Source: a virus
Lineage: Duplodnaviria; Heunggongvirae; Uroviricota; Caudoviricetes
DNA length: 39,263 nucleotides
Strand: one strand, 5' to 3'
Virus record (IMG/VR): IMGVR_UViG_2506520037_000005
Location: 1-39,263 of that record
Shown here: piece by piece, positions 10,767-21,371 of the stretch
Position numbering within the stretch: position 1 is the first letter of the stretch
Layout of the letters: every line of letters starts with the position of its first letter
Translations under genes and position numbers: made by a program
The notes under the pieces: generated by a model
The model's input: only the letters and a program-made list of their open reading frames with translations
Database searches by the model: none
Told to the model about the DNA's origin: nothing

Positions 10767-10792
10767 TTTTCATAAACGTTGGTTTGGGAGAA
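10767..10792. other. Invertase crossover site, right (26-bp imperfect palindrome, gix/hix-like)
   Basis: TTTTCATAAACG TT GGTTTGGGAGAA; its right 14 bp are identical to the inverted copy inside gene H; lies 55 bp from the invertase start. Confidence 0.75.
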
Positions 10793-11122
10793 GCCAGATA
10801 TGTCATTCAGCGAGGAGCTAATGCCAATGGTGCATGGATACGCTGGTCAGATGGTGCAATAGAAGTATTTGGAACCGGTGGATCTAATGATAATGGACTG
10901 GCTAAAGTTGTTTACCCAATTGCACTGCCTAAACTTTCACGTTTTATCAGTATCGCGGAAAGAATAAGAACGGATTACGAGAGCACACCTAATAATGTTC
11001 ACGTTTCAATGATCGTGGATGATCAGGTAACAAATACCGGCTTTTATGCCCGCTGCCAGATGTACGACGGCAGACCATCATCAAATGCTTTTTCCTGGAG
11101 GGTTTATTGTGCGCCTGTTTAA
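10781..11122 (+). CDS. Promoterless alternative tail-fibre C-terminal segment (Sv'), expressed only after inversion
   Basis: The plus-strand ORF reads GLGE... in the same frame and from the same shared 14-bp core as the H gene; inversion would fuse the H constant part to this 113-codon segment. Confidence 0.6.
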   Translation, partial: GLGEARYVIQRGANANGAWIRWSDGAIEVFGTGGSNDNGLAKVVYPIALPKLSRFISIAERIRTDYESTPNNVHVSMIVDDQVTNTGFYARCQMYDGRPSSNAFSWRVYCAPV

Positions 11123-11141
11123 TCCAGTTACTTTGTAGTGG

Positions 11142-12398
<1,257 letters not shown>

Positions 12399-12535
12399 TG
12401 AAGTAATCCCCGGTCTTCATGACGTGACCGGGGCTATTGAATTACCGGAGGACAACTGGTTTTTTACTATGACAGAAATTCCTCAGGGCATGGAGCTAAC
12501 AATTAATGAGAAAGGCGAACCAATACTAATTGAGG

Positions 12536-13141
12536 TTAATCAGTCTCAGGGAATACAGGCCAAATAATATCAGGCGCGGTGCTGGTATCTGTTGCCGTCA
12601 CCGCGTCAGTGTAATCCAGCACAGCGTTAAGCCGGGTTGTTTCTGCCTGCGTCAGTTTCCGCCCGGCCTGTAATTTCAGCTGAATCAGACTAATGGAAGC
12701 CATTGCTGCATCAATCAGTGACTGACGCTGTGCTTCTGCCGCTTCTACTGCGGCACCGTGTTGTGCCTCAGTATCCGTCACCCATTTCTCACCATCCCAT
12801 TTATCGTATGGCGTTAATGGGGCGATAGTGGTTGTATTATCAGGGTAATTACCCGGAGCTGTGATTTCTTTTGATTCTCCTGTTGCGGTGCTAAAGACGA
12901 TTTCACCGCGATGGTCTGGCACATATTCCCATGAGTTAAAATCTGCAGAACGGCAGATTGTATAACCAGCTTTGTATGCGCCTGGAGCATCTAAACAGGA
13001 ACATGCCGGAATGCCGACACCAACGGCAAGATATTCAGTCGATATGGAAATATATTCCCGTGTTTCACCATCATAATTATAGACAGTAATATTCCCCGCC
13101 TTCGTGGCAATAAACTCGCTATTTAATACAGTGCTATCCAT
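12536..13141 (-). CDS. G: Tail fibre assembly protein (gpG/Tfa)
   Basis: 201-aa ORF immediately downstream of the tail fibre gene with 1-bp overlap. Confidence 0.8.
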   Translation of the reverse strand: MDSTVLNSEFIATKAGNITVYNYDGETREYISISTEYLAVGVGIPACSCLDAPGAYKAGYTICRSADFNSWEYVPDHRGEIVFSTATGESKEITAPGNYPDNTTTIAPLTPYDKWDGEKWVTDTEAQHGAAVEAAEAQRQSLIDAAMASISLIQLKLQAGRKLTQAETTRLNAVLDYTDAVTATDTSTAPDIIWPVFPETD

Positions 13142-14655
13142 TATGCAGCCCTCACAATGTAGTTAAATGCGATGTTGCGTGGACGGACACCGAAATAAGA
13201 AGTAACACCATTCATTGTCAAATTTCCAGAGCCAAAAGCGGTAAAACCAGAACCAGCATTAACTGCCGAATCCGCGTTTCTGACAAAGTTTTTGGGAGGT
13301 GAACCGGAGACACCAGCCGAAATATCATCAGCATTACCGCCATTGCCGTGGTGGTTAGTTATCTTTGTTTCCGCCTGCGCCGTCAACAAACCTCGTCCAG
13401 AGTCAACCCCGCGCCCGTCATCCCAGCCGCGAATAAACTCACCACGTAAATCAGGCAATTTATTTGCCGGATAAGCCTTTGCCAGTTCCGGGTATTCTTC
13501 AGCAGAAAAAGCCGCGCCGTTGCATTTCAGCCAGCCTGTTGGCGGAGTGGCGGAAGGCCATGGAACAGGGACACCAACGGGTAATGCAGAGCCTTCTCCC
13601 AAACCAAGGTATGCGAGAAGACCAGCTACATCCTTTCCACTCAAATTGGTAAGCGTATTGTCCAGCGGTTGTTTACCTGCCAGCGCATTAAGCATTGTCG
13701 TGGCAAAGTTCGGATCATTCCCCAGTGCCGCCGCCAGTTCGTTCAGTGTATCCAGTGCCGCAGGTGCAGAACCCACCATTGCTGCAATCGCTGATTTCAC
13801 AAAAGCTGTAGTGGCAATCTGTGTATTGTTGACCGACTGTGCCGCAGTAGGTGCTGTTGGCGTTCCGGTGAGTGCCGGACTCGACAGCGGTGCTTTTAGT
13901 GCCAGCGCATTGTTAATGGTGGTACTGAATTTCGGGTCATTGTTAATGGCTGCGGCAATTTCTTTCAGTGTGTCCAGCGTGGCTGGCGCACCGTTAATCA
14001 GAGCAGTAATAGCGGCCTGAACAAACTCAGTGGTCGCAATCCGCGTGGTGTTATTTCCTGCTGCAGGCGTCGGCGCTTTTGGTTCTCCGGTAAATGTCGG
14101 ATTATGTTTCTGCGCATACTGGGTATGAGGATCTTGTGCGGCAATGTGGTTTCTCATCTGGTCATCCACATACAGCTTTAATTCCAGGACTTCATCATCC
14201 ACGTATTTACGGGTTGCCAGCACTACAGCAGGGTCGATTTTCAGGGTGATATTGTCCGTACTGCTGGTAATCAGCACCATGCGCACGGTCTGGGTGCGCC
14301 CGCTGCCTTCAGCCAGTTGCGGCTTATAGCTTTCCGGGCAGTTGCCCACGGCAATCAATGCCCCGGACTCATCAAACAGGCCCACTTCACGTATCCACCA
14401 ACCGCCCTCGTTTTCAGGGATCACCTGTTCAGCAATAATCTGGCTGCTGTTCTGCGGGTCGATATAAAGCATATTCAGCGCAGCCCGGCGTTTCTCATTT
14501 ACCAGTGCCGTCTGCTTTGCGTCCGGCGTTGGCAATACTCCGCCGCCATCGCCCACCGCCATATGGGTAATTTTTAGCGGCACACCGAGCGCGGCGGCGC
14601 TGGCAAGTTTCGCCGCGCCAATATCCGTCAGCAGGGTATAAAATTTTGTGCTCAT
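13141..14655 (-). CDS. H: Tail fibre protein H (constant N-terminus plus invertible variable C-terminus)
   Basis: 504-aa ORF with repeated alanine-rich motifs (AAAINNDPKF / AAALGNDPNF) and a WLKCNGAAFS...YPELAKAY fibre tip; a crossover site lies within it. Confidence 0.85.
   Translation of the reverse strand: MSTKFYTLLTDIGAAKLASAAALGVPLKITHMAVGDGGGVLPTPDAKQTALVNEKRRAALNMLYIDPQNSSQIIAEQVIPENEGGWWIREVGLFDESGALIAVGNCPESYKPQLAEGSGRTQTVRMVLITSSTDNITLKIDPAVVLATRKYVDDEVLELKLYVDDQMRNHIAAQDPHTQYAQKHNPTFTGEPKAPTPAAGNNTTRIATTEFVQAAITALINGAPATLDTLKEIAAAINNDPKFSTTINNALALKAPLSSPALTGTPTAPTAAQSVNNTQIATTAFVKSAIAAMVGSAPAALDTLNELAAALGNDPNFATTMLNALAGKQPLDNTLTNLSGKDVAGLLAYLGLGEGSALPVGVPVPWPSATPPTGWLKCNGAAFSAEEYPELAKAYPANKLPDLRGEFIRGWDDGRGVDSGRGLLTAQAETKITNHHGNGGNADDISAGVSGSPPKNFVRNADSAVNAGSGFTAFGSGNLTMNGVTSYFGVRPRNIAFNYIVRAA
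13594..13619. other. Invertase crossover site, left (inside gene H)
   Basis: TTCTCCCAAACC AA GGTATGCGAGAA, an inverted copy of the site at 10767-10792 with a matching central dinucleotide. Confidence 0.75.
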
Positions 14656-15257
14656 GGATTCACTCTCATTGTGTCAATAACATGGACCGCCCCGCCTTCA
14701 TGCGCGGTGCCACCGGAAATAATCGTTTCGTTGATATACGGATAGATCGTGATTTCTTCGCCAAGATAGCTGGCAACCCCCATCCAATGTGGGCCGCTGG
14801 TCTGCAGATTGATGGACATGCCGATCATGTGACGGCTACATGGTTTGGCATCACTTATCAGCCTCTCAAGTTCCAGATAGGTATCTTCAGTGATGCCCTG
14901 GTCCTGCACGCCGATATCCAGGCGAAACGTTCCCGGTGCTTCTCCGGTCTGCCACCATTCAATAATGCGGATCAGGAAGCCGAACGGCTCCACCACCCGC
15001 CGCACAGCACTGGTGGTTCCTTTATGCTGATGTATATAAAAAGCATCCTTCACCACCTGGCGTTTGACGCTTTCTGTCCAGCTCTCGTCCCAGCGATCCA
15101 CAGAGAACGCCCAGGCGAGATAAGGCAGGAAACTGACTGGACAGGTTGCCGGATTCCACAAGTCACGCAGCGGCACCTGCAAATCAGAAATCCCGCTGCA
15201 CGCTTGCGCCAGTCGGCGCTCCAGTGGCGTTGAACCCGGTGGCAGCAGACTATTCAT
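14652..15257 (-). CDS. I: Baseplate assembly protein I
   Basis: 201-aa ORF with P2 gpI-like sequence (RELWNP.TCP...LPYLAWAFSVDRWDE) as recalled. Confidence 0.85.
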   Translation of the reverse strand: MNSLLPPGSTPLERRLAQACSGISDLQVPLRDLWNPATCPVSFLPYLAWAFSVDRWDESWTESVKRQVVKDAFYIHQHKGTTSAVRRVVEPFGFLIRIIEWWQTGEAPGTFRLDIGVQDQGITEDTYLELERLISDAKPCSRHMIGMSINLQTSGPHWMGVASYLGEEITIYPYINETIISGGTAHEGGAVHVIDTMRVNP

Positions 15258-16158
15258 CAGTTCCCCCGTTGGTTACGCTCCACTGCGTACATGATGCCGC
15301 CTGCGTTTTGTTCAGGACCACATCCGCCAGCGGCGAAGCCAGTTCCACACGCTGCACACCTTCAACATGCAACGCGGCAAAGATGGCGCTACGGCGAATA
15401 TCCCGACCAAGCCGCGTCTGACTGGCGATGTACTTCTGCAGGCTGGCTTTTGCCGCTGCCATTACCGGCTCTGCTTCTGGTCCCGGATAGAGAAAAATGG
15501 TGGCTTCCACGCGGTACGGGATGATTTCTGCACTGCGAACCGTCAGACGGTCAGCCACCGGGCGGACGTTCTCACTGTTCAGTGCTTTCTCCACCACATC
15601 CAACAGGTCTTTTTCTGCTGTTCCGTCTCCTTCGCGGCTAAGGACAGTCAGCACCACCTCTGCAGGTGCCGGGCTGGTTGCACTGGCATCCGCCACCCGA
15701 CCGTCGGCGCTTCGGGCATGAAATTCATAAGCTGCAGTTGGCCCCGCAACTGAAAGCCCTTCAAAGGCTGCAGGCACACGCAGGCGTAACGCTTCATCAC
15801 TTTCCATCACAGCCGCAACGGGCGGCACAGCGTCATAATCAGCAGGTGTCACCGTCAGGCGTTTCACGTTGTAGTTGGCAGCGAGCTGGTCCAGATCGCT
15901 CCCTATGGCATAAGCCGCCATCACCGCCTGCGCGGCTTCGTTAATGCGCTGGCGCAGAAGCAACTCACGATAAGCGTTTTCCTGCAACAATTTGGTGACG
16001 GGTTCAGATTCCAGTTCCAGTGTGCGGCTCACTGCTTCCTGCTCATCTTTCGGATGAAGCGCCACAAATTCTGCCTTGCGTTCGGCAAGCAACGTCTCAA
16101 AGTCCGGCACATCCACAATCTGCGGCGCAGGTAACTGCGAAAGGTCAATCACTGCCAT
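15250..16158 (-). CDS. J: Baseplate assembly protein J
   Basis: About 302 aa from the internal ATG (MAVIDLSQLP...); the longer ORF-track start would overlap W. Confidence 0.85.
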   Translation of the reverse strand: MAVIDLSQLPAPQIVDVPDFETLLAERKAEFVALHPKDEQEAVSRTLELESEPVTKLLQENAYRELLLRQRINEAAQAVMAAYAIGSDLDQLAANYNVKRLTVTPADYDAVPPVAAVMESDEALRLRVPAAFEGLSVAGPTAAYEFHARSADGRVADASATSPAPAEVVLTVLSREGDGTAEKDLLDVVEKALNSENVRPVADRLTVRSAEIIPYRVEATIFLYPGPEAEPVMAAAKASLQKYIASQTRLGRDIRRSAIFAALHVEGVQRVELASPLADVVLNKTQAASCTQWSVTNGGTDE

Positions 16159-16504
16159 TCTCTGCTCCTGTTGATACGGAAAGGGAAACAGGCACACCGT
16201 TATTCCGCCGCCCGGTCAGCTCCACCACCATAGAACCGTCAAAGTTGCTGTTGATGGTGATGGAATCCAGCGTCAGCCGTGGCTCCCAGCGACTCAGCGC
16301 CACATACACTGCCGACATGACCTGCAGGCGTAATGCCGGATTTTGTGGCTGATCTATTAAAACCGACAGGAGGGAACCATATTCCCGGCGGGCAATGCGG
16401 CTACCCTGCGGTGTCAGCAGAATGTCCCGCACCGACTGGCGCAGATGATCAATATCAGTAATGACTTTGCCGCTGGTATTGTTCATCCCGCTATAAAGCG
16501 TCAT
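16145..16504 (-). CDS. W: Baseplate protein W (gp25-like)
   Basis: 119-aa ORF between V and J. Confidence 0.85.
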   Translation of the reverse strand: MTLYSGMNNTSGKVITDIDHLRQSVRDILLTPQGSRIARREYGSLLSVLIDQPQNPALRLQVMSAVYVALSRWEPRLTLDSITINSNFDGSMVVELTGRRNNGVPVSLSVSTGAENGSD

Positions 16505-17079
16505 ACCGGGCCTCCGGTTGTATCGCCGCCTTTCAGGACGCCAGTATGCTGATGCGCATCAACCACAATCCCGTTAGAACTCATCGCACCGCCGCCCTGG
16601 GTAACGCCACCATTGATCACTACTTCGCTGTTAATTCGCGTGCGGTCAGCCTCCAGCACAAACTCACTGGTTTTCATGGTGATATTGTCAGCGGCCTCAA
16701 TGACCATTGATTTGATGCCCCTTACATACCAGCGCCCGGTGGCGGGTTCGTATTCAAACCAGCTACCGTCAGGATGTTCTGTCACGCAGGCGTCCGCCGA
16801 CGTCGACGGTGGTGCGAACTGATTCGAATAGACAGCGGGCAGCGCAAAGGCAGTCTCCAGATTACCGCCCAGACTCAGCAGCACCACCTGCTCACCTTCC
16901 GATGGTCGCCACCATGTGCGGGCATTACCGGCACGCAGCGTCAGCCAACTGATCCAGTTAGTTTCAAGGTCGCCCGTTTTCACCCGGCAAAGCCAGTTCT
17001 CCCGGTCCACTTCGGTGACTACACCAGTGCGGATCAGATTGGTGATAAGGCGCATGATTTCAGTCAGTTGTGCGTTCAT
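16501..17079 (-). CDS. V: Baseplate spike protein V
   Basis: 192-aa ORF similar to P2 gpV as recalled. Confidence 0.85.
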   Translation of the reverse strand: MNAQLTEIMRLITNLIRTGVVTEVDRENWLCRVKTGDLETNWISWLTLRAGNARTWWRPSEGEQVVLLSLGGNLETAFALPAVYSNQFAPPSTSADACVTEHPDGSWFEYEPATGRWYVRGIKSMVIEAADNITMKTSEFVLEADRTRINSEVVINGGVTQGGGAMSSNGIVVDAHQHTGVLKGGDTTGGPV

Positions 17080-17125
17080 AAGTTGATTTTATTTGTACTA
17101 TTTGTATATTTATATCCACTTTCCT

Positions 17126-17143
17126 TGTGACATTAACTACACA
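17126..17143. promoter_or_regulatory. Candidate Ogr-binding dyad (TGT-N12-ACA) upstream of V
   Basis: TTGTGACATTAACTACACAAAAA, centred only 55 bp from the V start codon, so assignment to PV is uncertain. Confidence 0.4.
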
Positions 17144-17147
17144 AAAA

Positions 17148-18071
17148 ATGACAACTAACACCAATACCCCAGAAGCAGCTGAGCAAGATAATATTGTCCC
17201 CATGGATGCAATGAATGATCCCATCAATCCCCCACCTACAAAGAAGGAGAGGGATGAATACAAAAAAAAACAGCAAGAAAGAATTGGCAAATACGTCGTT
17301 GGTGGAACAGATTTGGGTGGAAACACCATAAGTAAAATTTATTCACGTGGGGATGAATATGTCATTTATGAAGTAGCCAATCTTCCGCCTCATGAGTCTA
17401 TGCTCGTGTTCATAGACTCAATCATTGAGGAGGATGACAGTAAGATTGATAGATATCATGCTTCAAAAGAGCACTTTGATGAGTTTATTTCACATTGCTA
17501 CAAATACAACTGCTCTTCTATTTATAAAAAAAGAGCAGCAACAGTTATGTCAGCAACAATACTTGGAAAAAATGATATAAACAAAAATAACTTCGCCGCA
17601 ATAAATAGAGACATTAAAAACGATTATGAAAACACAATGCTTGGAAGGAATTTATATCAATCAGGAGCCATAACTTTAGCATTGATATTCATCATCCTTG
17701 CATTGATAACATATTTGGCTAGAGATTCTAATTTCATAAAAGCTAATCACTTTATTCCAGTGGTGTTATACGCCGCTTCCTTTGCTTCCATCGGGGGGTT
17801 TATTTCTGTATCCCTAAAAATAAAAAGCCTCCATACAGACAGAGAACTAAAAAAGAAAACTTATTTCTTCTATGGTGCGGAGAGAATACTCCTTTCAATG
17901 ATGGCTGGCGTACTTGTATACTTTATGCTCAAGGGGAATATTATCTTCGGGTTTATGAATAATAGTAGTGACATCTCATTCTCCATTTATGTGATTTGTG
18001 CGCTTTCTGGATTCAGTGAAACATTGATACCGAATACATTGAGAAACCTTGAAACCAAATCCGAAATTTAA
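17148..18071 (+). CDS. Hypothetical membrane-anchored protein (soluble N-terminal region plus four predicted TM helices), opposite strand to the late genes
   Basis: AT-rich ORF inserted between V and S; own terminator downstream; possible -35/-10 (TTGATT/TATATT) upstream. Start is ambiguous between GTG 17127 and ATG 17148, and no Shine-Dalgarno is seen. Confidence 0.6.
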   Translation: MTTNTNTPEAAEQDNIVPMDAMNDPINPPPTKKERDEYKKKQQERIGKYVVGGTDLGGNTISKIYSRGDEYVIYEVANLPPHESMLVFIDSIIEEDDSKIDRYHASKEHFDEFISHCYKYNCSSIYKKRAATVMSATILGKNDINKNNFAAINRDIKNDYENTMLGRNLYQSGAITLALIFIILALITYLARDSNFIKANHFIPVVLYAASFASIGGFISVSLKIKSLHTDRELKKKTYFFYGAERILLSMMAGVLVYFMLKGNIIFGFMNNSSDISFSIYVICALSGFSETLIPNTLRNLETKSEI

Positions 18072-18080
18072 ACGCATTAA

Positions 18081-18111
18081 TTAGAGTGGCAATTATGTCA
18101 CTCTAATTTTT
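18081..18111 (+). terminator. Rho-independent terminator after the V/S-intergenic gene
   Basis: 8-bp perfect stem ttagagtg / cactctaa followed by TTTTT. Confidence 0.6.
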
Positions 18112-18126
18112 ACTAGCTTCGAAGTG

Positions 18127-18573
18127 TTAATTTGTAACGACTCTAAATATCATATCTTGAATGAGCTTAATTACTTCAGCATTTATCCCTAACAGCCGTC
18201 TCTCTGCATAGTGTACTCGCGGACCATTACGACTGACGCGATCACGCAGGCCGTAGTGATGAACACGGGCAATGCGCTGTACCTTACCTTCAAACTGCAC
18301 GCTGGCAGAATCGGCGCTGGCGGCAGTTTTCAGGTATTTTGTGGTGCGAAGCTTTGTAAACATCTGACGTTTGATGCGCCCCTTTTTACTGCGTGCTGTT
18401 ACCCTTCGCGGTTCATAGCTGCTGCCATCAGGATTACGCTGCATCCTGATGTTCTGCTGCTGTGTCCGGCGAAGTTCCTGCGCCAGCTGGCGCATCATGC
18501 TGCTTCTCGTGGCTGGTTCCAGATTCGCCAGCAAGGCACTCAGCCAGTCGTCCACCTTCTGCAGTTCAGCCAC
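18127..18573 (-). CDS. S: Tail completion protein S
   Basis: 148-aa ORF in the P2 gpS position. Confidence 0.8.
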   Translation of the reverse strand: MAELQKVDDWLSALLANLEPATRSSMMRQLAQELRRTQQQNIRMQRNPDGSSYEPRRVTARSKKGRIKRQMFTKLRTTKYLKTAASADSASVQFEGKVQRIARVHHYGLRDRVSRNGPRVHYAERRLLGINAEVIKLIQDMIFRVVTN

Positions 18574-19018
18574 GTTTCACCGTCCACATTTCTTCAGGTG
18601 CATCAGGTTCCGCTATAGCTTCAACGCTCGACACACTGCCGTCAGTGCTGACCAGCACACGCTCCGTCAGTTGCAGGTTCAGGCTGATATCACAGACATC
18701 GTTGCGCAGAATATCCACCTCAAAGGTGAATAGCTTTTCCCGTAACGCCGGGTTATTGATGGCATCGGGCTGGTTATCCCTCAGCCACAGCAAAACCGGG
18801 GCCATCAGCAGATTCTGGTCGCCGCTGAAATCCTCAATCACCGCGTTCAGTGTGTAACGGTACTCCCACGACATGGAGCTGGCCCCCGTGGCAACCAGCG
18901 AACCGTTATCCACAAACAGATGCAGTTTGTCCGGGTTATTGCGGACATAAGGCACCGCTTTATTGAGGGCGTGGCGCAGGGATTGTGGTTTGTTCACTGT
19001 TTCGCTCCTGACACGCAA
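18566..19018 (-). CDS. R: Tail completion protein R
   Basis: 150-aa ORF containing FVDNGS...YRYTLN...PVLLWLRDNQPD, as in P2 gpR as recalled. Confidence 0.8.
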   Translation of the reverse strand: MRVRSETVNKPQSLRHALNKAVPYVRNNPDKLHLFVDNGSLVATGASSMSWEYRYTLNAVIEDFSGDQNLLMAPVLLWLRDNQPDAINNPALREKLFTFEVDILRNDVCDISLNLQLTERVLVSTDGSVSSVEAIAEPDAPEEMWTVKRG

Positions 19019-19250
19019 TAATCATGTCCACTTTGTCTGCACAGACCGCCCAGGCGGCCTCCGTTTCATCCAGCAACGCGTTCAGATCACCGTTAGTGCG
19101 CGGCGTTGCCTGATCCAGCCGACACGGCGTCACTCGCGGACAACCACTGACGGTAAGCCATACCTCCGGTGAGTGCCGGACGTTTCCGCAGCCGGATAAT
19201 GTCAGCAGGCAAAGGAGTATCAGCCCAGCGGCGTAAATCCTCGTTCTCAC
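18960..19250 (-). CDS. lysC: LysC, Rz1-like outer-membrane spanin lipoprotein (starts inside lysB, extends into R)
   Basis: Signal peptide with lipobox LTLSGC; out-of-frame overlap with lysB. Confidence 0.7.
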   Translation of the reverse strand: MRTRIYAAGLILLCLLTLSGCGNVRHSPEVWLTVSGCPRVTPCRLDQATPRTNGDLNALLDETEAAWAVCADKVDMIIACQERNSEQTTIPAPRPQ

Positions 19251-19521
19251 GTTTCAGTTCCTCGATCCGGTGTTGTCGTTGTCTCAGCAGCGTGCTGGTC
19301 TGTTCTGCTTCGGCATAGAGCCGCACCTGCTCCCGGTTATTGGTTTCAGTCAGAATGGACAGGCTGATAAGCTGGCTGTTGCTCTTTGCCAGTGCCTGGC
19401 TTTTGCTCTGCAGCTCGTCTGCCTGCGTGCTGATGGTCTGGCTGGCATCAGCCAGCCGCCACGTCTGCCAGCCCAGCGCCGCCAGTAATAACGTCAGCAC
19501 AACCAGCAGCAACCGGTTCAT
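19093..19521 (-). CDS. lysB: LysB, Rz-like inner-membrane spanin
   Basis: N-terminal TM segment followed by a coiled-coil-rich periplasmic domain. Confidence 0.8.
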   Translation of the reverse strand: MNRLLLVVLTLLLAALGWQTWRLADASQTISTQADELQSKSQALAKSNSQLISLSILTETNNREQVRLYAEAEQTSTLLRQRQHRIEELKRENEDLRRWADTPLPADIIRLRKRPALTGGMAYRQWLSASDAVSAGSGNAAH

Positions 19522-19895
19522 GCTGCTACCTGTTGCGCCATCTGATTACGGGTGATCCAGAAGGCAATAACGGTCAGTAGATAAAAGACCAGGGTAATAG
19601 CCCACCCCGTCCAGGCGAGACTTACAACAATCAGCAATCGCATCACCCAACTGGTAAATACGTTTTCTTTTCGGGTAATTGTCTTCAGCAAAGATGCCCT
19701 TAACTCCTGCCAGAGCGGGCCATTCTTAATTAACGCAGCCAGTGCTACCGGAATTACCGCCCATGTCAGCAAACAGGCTACCCAAACGCCGGACGCTGCC
19801 AGTACCGGAAAAATCCCCTGCGGATACACCATTGCTGCGATTAACAGCGCCATCCATAACATCAGAAACAGTCCGCTGATTAATTTCTTTTTCAT
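19518..19895 (-). CDS. lysA: LysA lysis-timing membrane protein
   Basis: About 125 aa from internal ATG (MKKKLISGLF...) with multiple TM helices; the longer ORF-track start overlaps K. Confidence 0.7.
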   Translation of the reverse strand: MKKKLISGLFLMLWMALLIAAMVYPQGIFPVLAASGVWVACLLTWAVIPVALAALIKNGPLWQELRASLLKTITRKENVFTSWVMRLLIVVSLAWTGWAITLVFYLLTVIAFWITRNQMAQQVAA

Positions 19896-19896
19896 T

Positions 19897-20409
19897 TCAG
19901 TTTGCTCCCTGTAAACACCAGGCCATCTCCCGCGCACGGCGGTTATCCAGCCCCTGATTAAACACACCTTTTACATAAACCCAGCGCGGCAACTGTCGGC
20001 ACGCATCCGCCCAGCGCCGCTGATTGAGCAATTTCACCAGCGTGGAGCTGCAGGCATTGCCCGTTCCCACGTTGAAGGCAAATGACACCACCGCGTCATA
20101 CACCTTCTGCGGTGGCTGTTGCTTCACACACCTTTCCAGTGACCGCTCCACACGCAGCACGTTGGAGATCAGTCCTTCCGCTGCCTGTCGTTCCGTAATG
20201 GTTTTGCCTGGAATGACGCCAGATGTATTACCAATGCCGTCGGTCCAGACACCCGCGCTGCACTGATACGGCTGCAGACGACAACCTTCGTAATCGGCAA
20301 TCAGTTTCAGCCCCTCCACGGAGGTGTGAAGCTGCTGAAAACCCGGCAGCGTGGCAGCAATAGCCAGCACGGCCCCGACAAGGCAGCGTTTAACGATTGA
20401 TGGATTCAT
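19897..20409 (-). CDS. K: Endolysin K, T4-lysozyme-like with N-terminal signal-anchor-release domain
   Basis: Hydrophobic N-terminus (LVGAVLAIAATLPGF) followed by an E-x8-C-x5-T catalytic-triad pattern (YEGCRLQPYQCSAGVWT). Confidence 0.8.
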   Translation of the reverse strand: MNPSIVKRCLVGAVLAIAATLPGFQQLHTSVEGLKLIADYEGCRLQPYQCSAGVWTDGIGNTSGVIPGKTITERQAAEGLISNVLRVERSLERCVKQQPPQKVYDAVVSFAFNVGTGNACSSTLVKLLNQRRWADACRQLPRWVYVKGVFNQGLDNRRAREMAWCLQGAN

Positions 20410-20605
20410 AGTCCTCCCGCGAGATCTGCCCGTCGCGCAGAAGCTGGTAGGCTTTGTGTTTGTAGTACCAGTTGATAGCCAGCATCAGCACACCAATCAT
20501 CAGGCCGCCCAGCGTTGAGGCATCCTTGATGGACAAATCGCCCAGCCAGGCCAGCACGACGGCGATGCAATACGTGATAAAGGCGCTGATTCGCTCAAGC
20601 GTCAT
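20390..20605 (-). CDS. Y: Holin Y
   Basis: 71-aa protein with two TM segments and a charged C-terminal tail; immediately upstream of the endolysin. Confidence 0.8.
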   Translation of the reverse strand: MTLERISAFITYCIAVVLAWLGDLSIKDASTLGGLMIGVLMLAINWYYKHKAYQLLRDGQISREDYESINR

Positions 20606-20608
20606 AAT

Positions 20609-20812
20609 TCAGTCCCATAGCTGGACGGTCTGCACGGTGGCGGTGGTCGGAATGTCCGGCAGCTCCACCTGCAGCCCGTGAGGTAAAAAGGGGCCGTATT
20701 CGGCAAGCCCCGGATTTGCCTTCAGTACCTGCTCCGTGACACCCTGCGTGCGCCCGTAATGACGCCAGCAAAGCGCGTCCACCGTGTCATACTGATGCGC
20801 ACGCACTTTCAT
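20609..20812 (-). CDS. X: Tail protein X
   Basis: 67-aa ORF in the P2 gpX position. Confidence 0.8.
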   Translation of the reverse strand: MKVRAHQYDTVDALCWRHYGRTQGVTEQVLKANPGLAEYGPFLPHGLQVELPDIPTTATVQTVQLWD

Positions 20813-21276
20813 CAGATAAGCTCCACTGTGCAGTGCGGCGCATCCTGTACCCGGCTGATGGCCCAGCGGGCGTCACGCCACAAATCACCGCTGGCTTCTG
20901 CCAGTTCTTCGCCCCGCTTCACACCGGATGCCGTGGCGTCATAGTCCTGGTATCGTTCGTTGAGCATGGCGCGTGCCCAGCAGTAAACCGCGTTGAAATA
21001 GTGCTGAATGCGCTCACTTTTGCCGTCCAGCTGTTCCGCCGGAACCTCTGCCAGCGAGGCATATCCCAGCATCTGCTGACGTCTGCGAAACTCATACAGC
21101 TCTGCGTTGACCTCCGAAATTGCCGACAGGGCAACCTGCTTTAAACGCGGCTGCGTCACCGTGCCGTCAGTGCGCATCACGCTGCGAAACTCCGACAGGT
21201 CCACATCAGGCCAGAACGGCGTATTTCTGATGATTTCCGCCTGTTCCGGTGCCTGTTCTGGCGCAACAAACTTCAT
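20812..21276 (-). CDS. L: Head completion protein L
   Basis: About 155 aa from internal ATG (MKFVAPEQ...). Confidence 0.8.
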   Translation of the reverse strand: MKFVAPEQAPEQAEIIRNTPFWPDVDLSEFRSVMRTDGTVTQPRLKQVALSAISEVNAELYEFRRRQQMLGYASLAEVPAEQLDGKSERIQHYFNAVYCWARAMLNERYQDYDATASGVKRGEELAEASGDLWRDARWAISRVQDAPHCTVELI

Positions 21277-21371
21277 GCTGCTTTCTCCTGAAATAGAGGG
21301 CGGTGGACGGGATTTTGATGTGGCTATGCCTTTCGCCACCCCGTGCCGCCCGTGCGCGGGGGCACGTTCTG

